A DNA stretch of 64,000 bases from a virus: positions 1 to 64,000 of IMG/VR virus record IMGVR_UViG_3300031787_009175, one strand, 5' to 3'. The notes beneath the pieces are model-generated. The model saw nothing but the letters and a program-made list of their open reading frames with translations, was not told the DNA's origin and searched no databases. Of this stretch, positions 30,405-39,868 are shown in pieces. A program made the translations under genes and the position numbers. Positions within the stretch are counted from its first letter, which is position 1. The number at the start of each line of letters is the position of its first letter.

Positions 30405-30740
30405 ATGGCAATAATTCGTTCGATACCATCAGAAAAAGTAATTGGCGGTAGAATTATAAAATCATCAGAAATTGTAATTGTATCAGAACCTGAATACACG
30501 TCAAATGGTGAGGGTTTAATAATTGTCAAAGGGGTCAACTTTTGTAAGTTAAAATTAAATCATTTAGCAACAGACCACGTTAGAGTAAAATCTTTGACTA
30601 ATACACTCATAATTCCTGACATTGGTTTATTTGATGAAAAATATGACGAATTATCAATAAATTCAGAGTCCTGCGTTGAGTTTTATTTCGCCCAAGGTAA
30701 TTGGTATATTACCTCGAGTGATGGAATAAAATTATCTTAA
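30405..30740 (+). CDS. Hypothetical beta-rich structural protein
   Basis: 111 aa ORF directly after the neck gene; ends in GNWYITSSDG. Confidence 0.6.
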   Translation: MAIIRSIPSEKVIGGRIIKSSEIVIVSEPEYTSNGEGLIIVKGVNFCKLKLNHLATDHVRVKSLTNTLIIPDIGLFDEKYDELSINSESCVEFYFAQGNWYITSSDGIKLS

Positions 30741-33526
30741 ATATATTTTTCCCACCCCTGTTCGGCTAACTCATACATGTAGTTCGGTTCGAGTCCTCTT
30801 TTTTCCCAATACTTAACTTCGGGTTCAGAAATTGTCAAAACTTCCTCTAACGAATCTTGGTCTTCGGGTTCAAAAGGAATACCATTAACCAAATCACACT
30901 GCTCTTTTGTGAATAACCCACGATTTTCAGGGTCAGTAATCAAAAGACCTTCTCTAACTTCTTGTTTAAACACAACAAGTAATGGTTCGATTCGTTTGTT
31001 AAATACACTAATTGCTCTTGGGACATTATATTCTCCTTTTAAATCGGGGTTGTTTTCTAACTCCTGTTGGTCCAACATATAACAATTAAGTTTAACATAT
31101 GAATCCAACACTTCCAATTGAGTTTTACTGTAACTCTCCATCAGATTATCCAAGTCCTCTTGTGTCCAACCCTTTTTTGGTTTGTTTACCTTTTGAACAT
31201 CTCCGTGAGAAGCCTTCACACCGTTGTTAACGTAATAGATAACATCACCAAGATTTACCTTGATTTTATTTTTGATTGCGAGTTCCATATGTGCCATTCT
31301 TGACATAGCATTTCCCGCCTTTGTTTTTTCATTACATCTTTTTTCGTAGTCACTCAAAGATAGTTTTACCTTAGCCCTTTGAGCGATTTTCATAAGTGGA
31401 ATCTGTTGGTCAAATATCTGTTGTATGTATTCATAATACCACTCGACAAACTCTTGTCCTTTACCCTCCAATAACATTTTAATTCCCTTATCCAAAAAGT
31501 CCTCAATATATAGTGGAAGTTTCTTTGACTTAATGGTGTTTCCCGTAAGTTTGATTTTACCTTTATCGGTCATCAAGGCGTAGTTTTTTCTTGCCAAATT
31601 AATACACGAAGGCCAAGTTCCGTCTGTATCTAACGCCATTTCACCTTTCATAAACATATCGTTAAATTCTGCAACATCGGCGTCAGCACCTTTATATTCC
31701 TTACCTTTTTTAACTTTCCAATTGTTTCCTTTACCGATATAAATTCTATCGTCACACCCCTCAGGTTTTGAGAAGTTAACACCGTCCGTATCCATTACAA
31801 GTGGCATATAACCTCGTTTCATAAAAAACTTAATCATCATACGAAGATATTGTCTTCCTGTACAAGTGATTTGTTCACCCATATACATATCTCCCCAATG
31901 AAACACCTGTGGCGCTGAAAGGGCACCGAACATCGAGTTGATAAAAATTTTAATCGGTAATTGTTTTCGGTCGTAAGATAATGACTTTTTCTTATCAGTT
32001 TTTTCAAACTCCCCTGCCAAGTTCTTATACAAAATACGAGTATCTCTGAAATACTTTAACATCGCTTTCATTCCTTGTAATACATCACATTCAGGAAATA
32101 CATCGTGAACAAGTTGTATTGATGGGTATAGTGATGAAAAGTCGAGTTTGAGAACATCTTTTGAATAACCAACTCTTAATAGTCGAGATAATCCACCAAC
32201 GAAGTCCTGTTTTGATTGTTTTTCAGGAACCGCTAATTTGTATTTATAAGACCAAGCGAGCATCAACATCTTCCAAAGAGTTGCTGTCCCCATCGTTGAT
32301 ATCCTCTCGTATGTTGTTGGTACCATAGAAGCAAGTAAGAATGTTCCCTGATTGAACTCTTCGTCCACCAAAAGGGTTTCTTCCAAGTCGTCGTCAAGAT
32401 ATCTCTCAACAATTTCATCACCTTTTACTTTAATGTATGTACCAGGAAATCGGGTGTCCAAGTTTTCAAATGCGGGGTTATCGGCTCTTTTATATTTACC
32501 ATTTTTAATGTTTAGCCAAAACTCTTCTTTTTTGGCATACATAGGACCAATCTTATCGTGGTCAATATATACTCGGTCCTCGGCTTCGGCATCGATATAT
32601 TGAGTTATGTATTTAAGTCCTGCCGACTTGATGTTCGAGTTGATTGCTTGAGCCCTTCTTACGGAGTGTAATATATCAATAATATTATAACCCCACATTC
32701 CAATTTGGTTATACTTCTCAACTTCGTTTGCCAATTTTAGTAAGTTCTCTTTTTGGGAGATATTGTAATTGGGGTTTAGGGTTTTACAAGTTTTCTTTAC
32801 ATCGATGTTCAGTACTTTACATCTTTCAAATATCCAAAACCAGTCGAAGTTAAATGAGTTATATCCACCGATAATTGAAGGTTTTAGAGCGTCTATTAAT
32901 TTGAAAAAGGTAATCAGACCTTCTCTTTCTTGCTCAGGAGTTGCACATTCGATTACTTGTTGGAATCCTTTATTTGTTTTGATTCCAATCATAAAGATAC
33001 GACCGTCTTTAGGTTCCAAAGAGGTCGTCTCCAAGTCGAATACAAACCTTGTGATATCGTTATATTCTTCAAACCCTTTGAACAATCTTTTTTCTTTTGA
33101 TATGAGAAATTGTTCTACTGGTGGTAAAATTAATATGAGGTCTTTTGTTTTTTCTCCCCAAGGGTCTAATCCACCATCTCTAAAAAAACTGATTAATGAG
33201 CGGTAACCCTTTAAGGATTTTACCATATATTTTAATCCTCGTTCTAACCTTTCATTACCTTTTGTTTCCAATTTTTCTATAACGATGCCATATTTTGACA
33301 TCGCTTCTTTTTGTAAGGCTTTTGAGGATTTGTAGAAGTTTTGGTCTTTTAGGTCACCAACCCATGCAAAAGGAGTAAAACTTTCTTTTTGAATTGTTTT
33401 ACCTTTAATTGGGTCTTCTTTGATTTTGAATATTGAGTCAGATGCGTAGTCAAATTCTACTGCTACGATATATTGCTCGGGGTCATTTCCTTCTAAAAAG
33501 GATTTAATTTCTTCTTGTGATAACAT
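30737..33526 (-). CDS. Family B DNA polymerase
   Basis: Exo I FDLETT, Exo II GYNSFNFDW, polymerase motifs LDFSSLYPS, KIFINSMFG and MDTDG. No intein is visible. Confidence 0.95.
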   Translation of the reverse strand: MLSQEEIKSFLEGNDPEQYIVAVEFDYASDSIFKIKEDPIKGKTIQKESFTPFAWVGDLKDQNFYKSSKALQKEAMSKYGIVIEKLETKGNERLERGLKYMVKSLKGYRSLISFFRDGGLDPWGEKTKDLILILPPVEQFLISKEKRLFKGFEEYNDITRFVFDLETTSLEPKDGRIFMIGIKTNKGFQQVIECATPEQEREGLITFFKLIDALKPSIIGGYNSFNFDWFWIFERCKVLNIDVKKTCKTLNPNYNISQKENLLKLANEVEKYNQIGMWGYNIIDILHSVRRAQAINSNIKSAGLKYITQYIDAEAEDRVYIDHDKIGPMYAKKEEFWLNIKNGKYKRADNPAFENLDTRFPGTYIKVKGDEIVERYLDDDLEETLLVDEEFNQGTFLLASMVPTTYERISTMGTATLWKMLMLAWSYKYKLAVPEKQSKQDFVGGLSRLLRVGYSKDVLKLDFSSLYPSIQLVHDVFPECDVLQGMKAMLKYFRDTRILYKNLAGEFEKTDKKKSLSYDRKQLPIKIFINSMFGALSAPQVFHWGDMYMGEQITCTGRQYLRMMIKFFMKRGYMPLVMDTDGVNFSKPEGCDDRIYIGKGNNWKVKKGKEYKGADADVAEFNDMFMKGEMALDTDGTWPSCINLARKNYALMTDKGKIKLTGNTIKSKKLPLYIEDFLDKGIKMLLEGKGQEFVEWYYEYIQQIFDQQIPLMKIAQRAKVKLSLSDYEKRCNEKTKAGNAMSRMAHMELAIKNKIKVNLGDVIYYVNNGVKASHGDVQKVNKPKKGWTQEDLDNLMESYSKTQLEVLDSYVKLNCYMLDQQELENNPDLKGEYNVPRAISVFNKRIEPLLVVFKQEVREGLLITDPENRGLFTKEQCDLVNGIPFEPEDQDSLEEVLTISEPEVKYWEKRGLEPNYMYELAEQGWEKYI

Positions 33527-33582
33527 ATTATAAAATTTGGTTCATTAGCTGCCGAACAGGTCGACATTCACCTTACAGTGTA

Positions 33583-33611
33583 AAAATAAACCAAATATTA
33601 TCTTTTGTCAA
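33583..33611 (-). promoter_or_regulatory. Host-RNAP promoter for the DNA polymerase gene
   Basis: TTGACA (33611-33606)-N17-TATTTT (33588-33583) on the minus strand. Confidence 0.55.
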
Positions 33612-34676
33612 TTAGGTTAGCCTAATTCTTAAAATTCCGTTATCGTGATAAATTCCACCTATTGGGACACCATAGTTTCCAGCATCAGTGTCACCCGAGA
33701 AATTCAAATAAACTACTTGCTCCATTTGTGTTGTAGCCGTGGTCCCACTTATTTGAACTACTTTCAACGCATCTGCTCTTGCACTTGTTGAGGTCCCACA
33801 TCCAATTATAAACAATGAAGTTGTGTCACCTGTTGTATTAAACTTACCTGAAACGTGTTGGTATGAACCATCTGCCACAGTTCCGTAACCCTCTGCATGT
33901 GAATATGTTGCGTTTGTTTTGGTATCCCTACCTTCTGCGTGGGAATAAGATGCGTTTGCCTGAGTTTGTCTACCCTCTGAGTGTGAAGCAAATCCACTTG
34001 CCACAGTAGAATATCCTTCTGCGTGTGAATAACCACCCTGAGATGATGTGTTGAAACCTTCAGCATGTGAGTAATCTCCACTACGAGTTGTTAATCTATA
34101 TACTGATGTTCCTGAATATCCCGGTTCAAAAGTTATTGTTGTATTAGTTCCATCGAATGTTGAGTTACCTGAAACAGTCAATCTCACAGTTGGCTGACTT
34201 ATAACCGATACTGTCCAAGTGATAAAACCATCGATATATGTACTAGTGTAATCACCAGCAATTACCACCTGATTTGATGATGATACCGAAGAATTGATTA
34301 CGTCTGTAACTCCAACTGACCTTGTGTTCTGGCCTTCTGTGTGAGAATAGTCGGCAAATGCCAAAGTTCCACTTCCTTGAGCATGTGAGTATTGTCCTTC
34401 TGTAATATTTTGATAACCTTGTGAAACAGAATTAGTTCCATTTGACTGTCCACTCAAACCTTGAATTATCTTATCTTGTATAGTAATTCCACTTGATGTA
34501 TATCCTGAAATTTGATTTGTAAACACGGGAGCACCTACTGATAGTAGAGCTGGCGCCATTTCACCAATTGTTGATTGAACGGTTGTGTCGGCGGTAATGT
34601 TCACCATAGGTATTGCGTGACTTGAAATCGGGGAACTGTCCGATGGTAGGTCTGTTATTCTTATAATATCACTCAT
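33612..34676 (-). CDS. Tail fibre/adhesin with YadA-head-like SHAEG beta-roll repeats
   Basis: 14-residue repeats YSHAEGxxTxAxG; C-terminal GVPIGGIYHDNGILRIRL. Confidence 0.7.
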   Translation of the reverse strand: MSDIIRITDLPSDSSPISSHAIPMVNITADTTVQSTIGEMAPALLSVGAPVFTNQISGYTSSGITIQDKIIQGLSGQSNGTNSVSQGYQNITEGQYSHAQGSGTLAFADYSHTEGQNTRSVGVTDVINSSVSSSNQVVIAGDYTSTYIDGFITWTVSVISQPTVRLTVSGNSTFDGTNTTITFEPGYSGTSVYRLTTRSGDYSHAEGFNTSSQGGYSHAEGYSTVASGFASHSEGRQTQANASYSHAEGRDTKTNATYSHAEGYGTVADGSYQHVSGKFNTTGDTTSLFIIGCGTSTSARADALKVVQISGTTATTQMEQVVYLNFSGDTDAGNYGVPIGGIYHDNGILRIRLT

Positions 34677-34680
34677 TTTA

Positions 34681-35205
34681 TTATGTATTTAACGTTATTA
34701 TATATTTTGTGGTTGCCGAAAATCCCTGATTAGTGACTAACTTCATTTCATTTTGAGTTGATAAAAACTTTGCCAATTTATCAGGTCTCACATTATCACC
34801 GCAACAAGAATAATCTATATTATAATTATCAACAAAATTACTTTCATCTAAACCAAAACTTTCAATTACATTGATGTATAATTTATCGGTAAGTGGTAAA
34901 AAAATCACACCATCTGAATTCTTAATCATAAATTCACCAATGTATCTTCCTTCTTTTTTTGTGTTTTGTTTTGTAAATTGGAACTCTAAATAATATTGTG
35001 TCAGACCATTTTCATCTATCTCACTTGTTACTTGAGCGTCCTTAGTTGATATTCTTGGAATGGAAGTTTCGGCATCAATCATAGAAAAAAATATTGTAGA
35101 ACCAGACAATTCTGAGTATTGTTTGTGAAAGTCACTCCTCCCATCTTTCATCACTTTGACTTTTAGTTTTGGTAGAGTTGAATTTTTTTTAATGAACCAT
35201 TCCAT
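34681..35205 (-). CDS. Virion structural protein (BppU-like Ig fold), paralog of 35226-35600
   Basis: MEWFIKKNSTLPKLK...IFFSMIDAET...GRYIGEF...LYINV. Confidence 0.5.
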   Translation of the reverse strand: MEWFIKKNSTLPKLKVKVMKDGRSDFHKQYSELSGSTIFFSMIDAETSIPRISTKDAQVTSEIDENGLTQYYLEFQFTKQNTKKEGRYIGEFMIKNSDGVIFLPLTDKLYINVIESFGLDESNFVDNYNIDYSCCGDNVRPDKLAKFLSTQNEMKLVTNQGFSATTKYIITLNT

Positions 35206-35225
35206 AATAAATCTTATTTTTGTTT

Positions 35226-35600
35226 TTATGTTTCATCACTTGTATAGCTATCCAAAACATTAATAAATAACTTTTCTCTTATAGGTATAACCAAAGTACC
35301 ATCTTCAGTTTTCAAAACGAACTCACCTTGGTATCTACCAACTCTATTTAAGTGTTTTTTTAAGAACTTAAAATAAATATAATACTCTATTTTCGCATTT
35401 GGTTCTTCGAAGGTTTTTTCTACAAAACCAGCCGGACTCATATAAATTTTATATGAACCTGTATCCACATCAATCATTGAAAAATACAAAGAAGATGTTT
35501 CGATTAAGTTCGAAAATGAATCTAATCCACCCCTGCCGTCGTCAACAACCTGCATTTTTAACACAGGCAGAGTTGCATTTTTTCTTATGTTAAATTCCAT
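35226..35600 (-). CDS. Virion structural protein (BppU-like Ig fold), paralog of 34681-35205
   Basis: MEFNIRKNATLPVLK...LYFSMIDVDT...GRYQGEF...LFINV. The start is set at the ATG at 35600 by alignment to the paralog. Confidence 0.5.
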   Translation of the reverse strand: MEFNIRKNATLPVLKMQVVDDGRGGLDSFSNLIETSSLYFSMIDVDTGSYKIYMSPAGFVEKTFEEPNAKIEYYIYFKFLKKHLNRVGRYQGEFVLKTEDGTLVIPIREKLFINVLDSYTSDET

Positions 35601-35650
35601 ACATAATAAATACAATCAACTATTGTAATTGGATATATTTATATTAAGAA

Positions 35651-36277
35651 ATGAGAAAACTAATAAAACAAATCTTGGAGGAATATTCGAACGAATTTTT
35701 TGAAATAAAACCATATTGTTCTTTGGATGATTTACTTTTGGAGGAAATAAGGGCTAATCAAAAAGAGATTAGTGAATTAGGGTATATACCAACACCTATA
35801 TCTGATGATGAAGAGAATATGATTAAATCATATTTATTCACTGTAAACCAAGGTCAAGGCCCTTCGGTACAAAATTTTAACCCGAATCAAAGTGGTATAA
35901 TAGGTATATCTAAAAATAAAAAAGGGGTAGAGACTAAAGTACTATTCAAAATACGGTTAACAAGACATTGGTATTTCAGATTACATAGAACAGAGGACCC
36001 AAAGTTCAAATCAAATCCTAGAGTTATAGACCCAAAACCATTCGAATGTATCGATGCCATAGATAGAAATGCTGACCGATTAGCTAGATTTGTGTTACAA
36101 AGAGACCCAAGCCCAAGAATTGTTTGGGAGGCAAATACTACAGGTATGTTGAGTTTTCTTATGGTTTTCGAACCAAAAAATGCCCAAGGAACAGAATATG
36201 ACATAGTCCTAACAAATCAAATAAAAGGGGTCAGTTTTTTTGACCGAATATCACAAAACAAAATACCCCTCCGTTAG
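35651..36277 (+). CDS. Hypothetical protein with LIKQILEE leader
   Basis: 208 aa ORF with a TATTTAT element 8 nt upstream. Confidence 0.65.
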   Translation: MRKLIKQILEEYSNEFFEIKPYCSLDDLLLEEIRANQKEISELGYIPTPISDDEENMIKSYLFTVNQGQGPSVQNFNPNQSGIIGISKNKKGVETKVLFKIRLTRHWYFRLHRTEDPKFKSNPRVIDPKPFECIDAIDRNADRLARFVLQRDPSPRIVWEANTTGMLSFLMVFEPKNAQGTEYDIVLTNQIKGVSFFDRISQNKIPLR

Positions 36278-36290
36278 ACGGTTAGGGGTA
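36255..36290 (-). terminator. Intrinsic terminator of the candidate ncRNA (overlaps the stop of the convergent gene)
   Basis: Minus strand TACCCCT-AACCGTCTAACGG-AGGGGTA-TTTTGTTTT. Confidence 0.75.
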
Positions 36291-36461
36291 GAATGTTTCA
36301 TACGGATTCTCATCTTCGCCGTACCTTCGCCCGATAAGGTATATCCGGGAGACCTACTTAACCACCCCCTCATCGGGGTACCTCGTGCCCTTTCTTTCGG
36401 TTAAGGTTTTTCTTGTTCGCTATTTCAGAACAAGGCAAATGTCTTTGTCTATTATTAGAAC
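36255..36461 (-). ncRNA. Candidate structured non-coding RNA (~205 nt), family not recognised
   Basis: GC-rich interval bounded by a promoter and a terminator, with several stems (CTTGTTC/GAACAAG, CTTAACC/GGTTAAG, CCCC/GGGG, CCCG/CGGG, TACGG/CCGTA). Confidence 0.65.
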
Positions 36462-36465
36462 ACCA

Positions 36466-36496
36466 CAAAGATATAAATAGTTTTTGATTCTACAAA
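36466..36496 (-). promoter_or_regulatory. Bacteroidota housekeeping-sigma promoter (-33/-7), overlapped by the TATTTAT element
   Basis: TTTG (36496-36493)-N19-TATCTTTG (36473-36466), an exact match to TTTG/TAnnTTTG. Confidence 0.75.
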
Positions 36497-36512
36497 CTTT
36501 CACAGAAAAAAA

Positions 36513-38213
36513 TTAACACTCTTTTCTTAAAGACGCCTCATAGTGTTCAAAACGATTGTGTTCCGTCGGTGTTAAAAGTAACAAAGCTGGTTTTATTTCG
36601 TTTTTTACTGTTTCTTGGAATATGAACGACATCAATGTTTGTTCATAAGGTGATGCAAACTTGGTGTTAATAAAACACTTTCTATTTCCTTCTTTGGACA
36701 TAATCTGTGGCCAATTACAATAAAACACTTCACCTGTCGTATATGGTAATCCTTCGAAAGATTTTATACTTTCGTATCTTGTCTTAGGAGAATTTGGGTC
36801 TAATCCTTGTTGTGGTAGCCTTGGATTGTTTGGCCATTGTAGTTCTCTAAAATGTTGTGGTACATTATACCAAGCCCACTGAGTTCCATTATCTCCGAAA
36901 AATTCAGAATAATTCATTTTGATAAAATCAAAATTTTCTTTTTTGATTAATCCGATTAACTTGTCGTATAAATTCGGAACATATCTTGCAAAACCATTTC
37001 TGCAGTGACCGTATTTGTCTTCGCTGAAAAACATATCGTCTTCGAAAAAGAAATAATATTTGTGATTACTTCCTTCGAAATGTTCCGCAATCCACTGTCT
37101 TCCACCCGTTATTCCTATATTGTCCTTTTTAACATGTTGGAATCCATATGCTTGGCATAATGCCACATATTGTTCTGTTGTTGATAAATCAGTTGAGTTA
37201 TTTAATAAATACTTTTTTGGTTTATCGATAAAGTTTTTATCATAACTTAACATTGAATGTATAAGTGTTTTGAATTGGTTTGGTGAATTGAAACCGATGA
37301 CATATAACGCGACCTCTTCGTCTGTAAACTTAATAGGTTCAGGTTGTAAGTTCAAAATATTTTCCAAAAATAAATTTGGGTCTGATTGTTTCATATATAC
37401 GTCGTTTTTAACATCTTCGAAAAATTTACCTAATAGTCCGTTGGATTCTATAAAGAAGGTATCAATCAATTCAGGATTCAGATAAGTCATAATAGTGAAA
37501 ATAGACTCCTCTGTTCCCATATAACCATTATCTAAAGTATCTTTCATAAGATGATAATAAATGGAATTTAACTCTGCTATCGAATCTTTTTTTCCTCCGA
37601 AAAAACCCGCTCTCGCAACTCTATCAACTCTATTTTTTGAGTATTCGTTCATAGCATTTATTTCAAAACCGTGAATTTCAGAATTGGTTTCATAAGGAAA
37701 ACAAATGAACATAAATTTATTTGTTAGTTTTTGAATTTTTTCCAAAATATTGTCGTGTGTAAAATAACCTGGATGAACCGTATTTGATAAACCGGCATCA
37801 ATCCAAAACATATATTCAGAATCAAACTTGTCCAAAATTTTTGCATCGTGTAATAAGAACATCTTGGACATAACAAGTGGATTGTACATCTCCAATTTTG
37901 CCTGTGTTGACTCAGATAACCAACCGATTTGGTTGTACCACTTTGGATTTGTTCTTATTTTTTGAATTTTATGATAAAAATCATTATTGACGAACCAAGT
38001 TAAGTCTCTTGTGACAAATTGTGTGTTAGTATCGCTTCTTCTTTCGGATACAAATTTTTTCAATTCCTCATCGCCAAAAATTATTAAGTTACAATCTATT
38101 TTTAATAAATCTTCTAATTTATTTAAATAGTGTTGGAAATTTCGTGACCATCCGTCTTGTAGTTGCTCACGACCTATTTCCCATAAACCTGTTACTAATG
38201 TTGTTTTATTCAT
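36513..38213 (-). CDS. Two-domain glycosyltransferase: HtrL/YibB/WlaTC-like domain plus a GT-A-like domain
   Basis: TTLVTGLWEIGR...YMFWIDAG...AGFFGG...GTEESI in the N-terminal domain; NIGITGGRQ...YFFFEDD in the C-terminal domain. Confidence 0.7.
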   Translation of the reverse strand: MNKTTLVTGLWEIGREQLQDGWSRNFQHYLNKLEDLLKIDCNLIIFGDEELKKFVSERRSDTNTQFVTRDLTWFVNNDFYHKIQKIRTNPKWYNQIGWLSESTQAKLEMYNPLVMSKMFLLHDAKILDKFDSEYMFWIDAGLSNTVHPGYFTHDNILEKIQKLTNKFMFICFPYETNSEIHGFEINAMNEYSKNRVDRVARAGFFGGKKDSIAELNSIYYHLMKDTLDNGYMGTEESIFTIMTYLNPELIDTFFIESNGLLGKFFEDVKNDVYMKQSDPNLFLENILNLQPEPIKFTDEEVALYVIGFNSPNQFKTLIHSMLSYDKNFIDKPKKYLLNNSTDLSTTEQYVALCQAYGFQHVKKDNIGITGGRQWIAEHFEGSNHKYYFFFEDDMFFSEDKYGHCRNGFARYVPNLYDKLIGLIKKENFDFIKMNYSEFFGDNGTQWAWYNVPQHFRELQWPNNPRLPQQGLDPNSPKTRYESIKSFEGLPYTTGEVFYCNWPQIMSKEGNRKCFINTKFASPYEQTLMSFIFQETVKNEIKPALLLLTPTEHNRFEHYEASLRKEC

Positions 38214-38214
38214 A

Positions 38215-38895
38215 TTATTCTTTTATTTTGCAAACCCATCCAACGTTTATGAATTCATCAAACATATATTCAGAAAGATTATTTGTTTCTGAACATTCAC
38301 TAATATCAGAATTTTGGATTTCCATCCAATTCCAAAATCTATTTTTCATTTTTTCTTCAAAAAAAATATTATTGGGAGCGTAATCGTGAGCCATAATAAC
38401 GTCCCCTTTCTTAAGCAATTTAGAAATTAATCTGAATTCATTTTTTTTACTCCCTCCATCACATAACACTAAAGTTACGCCTTCACCTTCTATAAAATCG
38501 GACAGTTCTTTTTCGCATGAGTTGTCTTTGAAAGATTGATAATCTTGCGAAAATAAATTTTTACCGACATATCTAATGTCTTCATTTTTTAACCTGTCGA
38601 TTACATAGTCCGGACTACTGACATCATAAGTTCTAATTTCCGTGATTGGGAGTGAATTAAAATTCATTAAGTCCTTAATTATTAATGTAAGCCCACCGTG
38701 AAAAGTTCCTATTTCTAACACTCTTTTGGGTTTTATTTCTTTAATTAATTTGTCAAATCTATAAAGAATGTTAGGATTTTGTTCAATAGCCAACCCTTTG
38801 TAACTAGCATGAGTTATTATTCCATTTCTGAAATTAGTATTAAAATAATCGTTTTCGAAACAATTATAACCTGAGCAGATAAAATGTTCTTTCAT
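38215..38895 (-). CDS. Class I SAM-dependent methyltransferase (CmcI/Methyltransf_24-like)
   Basis: KPKRVLEIGTFHGGLT, LCDGG and GDVIMAHDY motifs. Confidence 0.75.
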   Translation of the reverse strand: MKEHFICSGYNCFENDYFNTNFRNGIITHASYKGLAIEQNPNILYRFDKLIKEIKPKRVLEIGTFHGGLTLIIKDLMNFNSLPITEIRTYDVSSPDYVIDRLKNEDIRYVGKNLFSQDYQSFKDNSCEKELSDFIEGEGVTLVLCDGGSKKNEFRLISKLLKKGDVIMAHDYAPNNIFFEEKMKNRFWNWMEIQNSDISECSETNNLSEYMFDEFINVGWVCKIKE

Positions 38896-38911
38896 TGTTT
38901 ATGTTTTTATG

Positions 38912-39868
38912 TTAGTATAATATATCTAAATTATTTAATAATGAAAATATTATTTTGTATTGGTTTTCAGGTAAACAATTTTCTACAAACCATTTCTTTG
39001 ATTCCGAGATAATATTCTTACACTCTTGTGTATTATAAAAATCTATGAGTTCACAAACTTTACTGTTTATAATTTTTTCCAAATTCTCACCGTTATTATA
39101 AATAATTTTATTTGTCAAATCATCATCCAAAAATTCTATATAATGAATGTTTTTTTCTAATCTATTATGGGTCAATGAATTTAGAGGTTGTCTTAAATTC
39201 AAAACCCCTAACCCAAATAATTCTAAATCCCTATAACAAATATTAGCGGCACCATTTAAACTTAAACCAAATTTGTAATTTGATAATTCTTCATAGTATT
39301 GTTTTTTTTGTCTAAAATCCGAAGGGTTCGTTTTAGATTTTATATCAAAAAATTCATTTTTGGCCAAAAAATTCATAATATTCTGCCTTAACCCGTGATT
39401 TAATCCATTAAAATAAGATTTGGTCAATTTTCTCTCTTGAGGTTTTATATTTTGTATATATTCAACATCACTCCAATTTTCTAAATAATATACTGAAGGT
39501 TCTACTGAAATAATATCTTTGTATTTTTCTATAATACCTTGTGTTAAATTAGAAACACAAGACAACATCACGATGTTGAAATTATTTTGTATTGAGTAAT
39601 TTATTATTTCAGGGGCATAATCATACCAACTATGAACAAACATTTTTTCATTTGATGGGTTGTATATTACCAAATTAAACCAATTGAAAATACTGGTGTA
39701 GTGATTGGATATCTCTTTACCGAATTTTGTTGCTAAATCCCTCAAAGAGATATACTCTAATTCGAATTCAGTATCGAACTCTATTTTTTTATGAAAAAAT
39801 TTATAGAACTCGCTTACATACCAATTATGGTATCCTTGCTCATAGGAAATTATAAGTTTTTTTTTCAT
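38912..39868 (-). CDS. Putative GT-B glycosyltransferase
   Basis: C-terminal YFNG...R...YYEELSNYKFGLSLNGAANICYRDLELFGLG resembles exostosin/CgeB-like GT-B donor-binding motifs; sugar-cluster context. Confidence 0.55.
   Translation of the reverse strand: MKKKLIISYEQGYHNWYVSEFYKFFHKKIEFDTEFELEYISLRDLATKFGKEISNHYTSIFNWFNLVIYNPSNEKMFVHSWYDYAPEIINYSIQNNFNIVMLSCVSNLTQGIIEKYKDIISVEPSVYYLENWSDVEYIQNIKPQERKLTKSYFNGLNHGLRQNIMNFLAKNEFFDIKSKTNPSDFRQKKQYYEELSNYKFGLSLNGAANICYRDLELFGLGVLNLRQPLNSLTHNRLEKNIHYIEFLDDDLTNKIIYNNGENLEKIINSKVCELIDFYNTQECKNIISESKKWFVENCLPENQYKIIFSLLNNLDILY

Noticed and set aside
30737-33526. Intein or intron in the DNA polymerase
   Set aside because: The ORF is continuous with normal motif spacing and no intein splice motifs or LAGLIDADG blocks.
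36290-36400. Hammerhead ribozyme or tRNA within the ncRNA candidate
   Set aside because: CCGAUGAG and GAAA-like words occur, but the CUGANGA core and stem order do not fit. There is no cloverleaf or T-loop.
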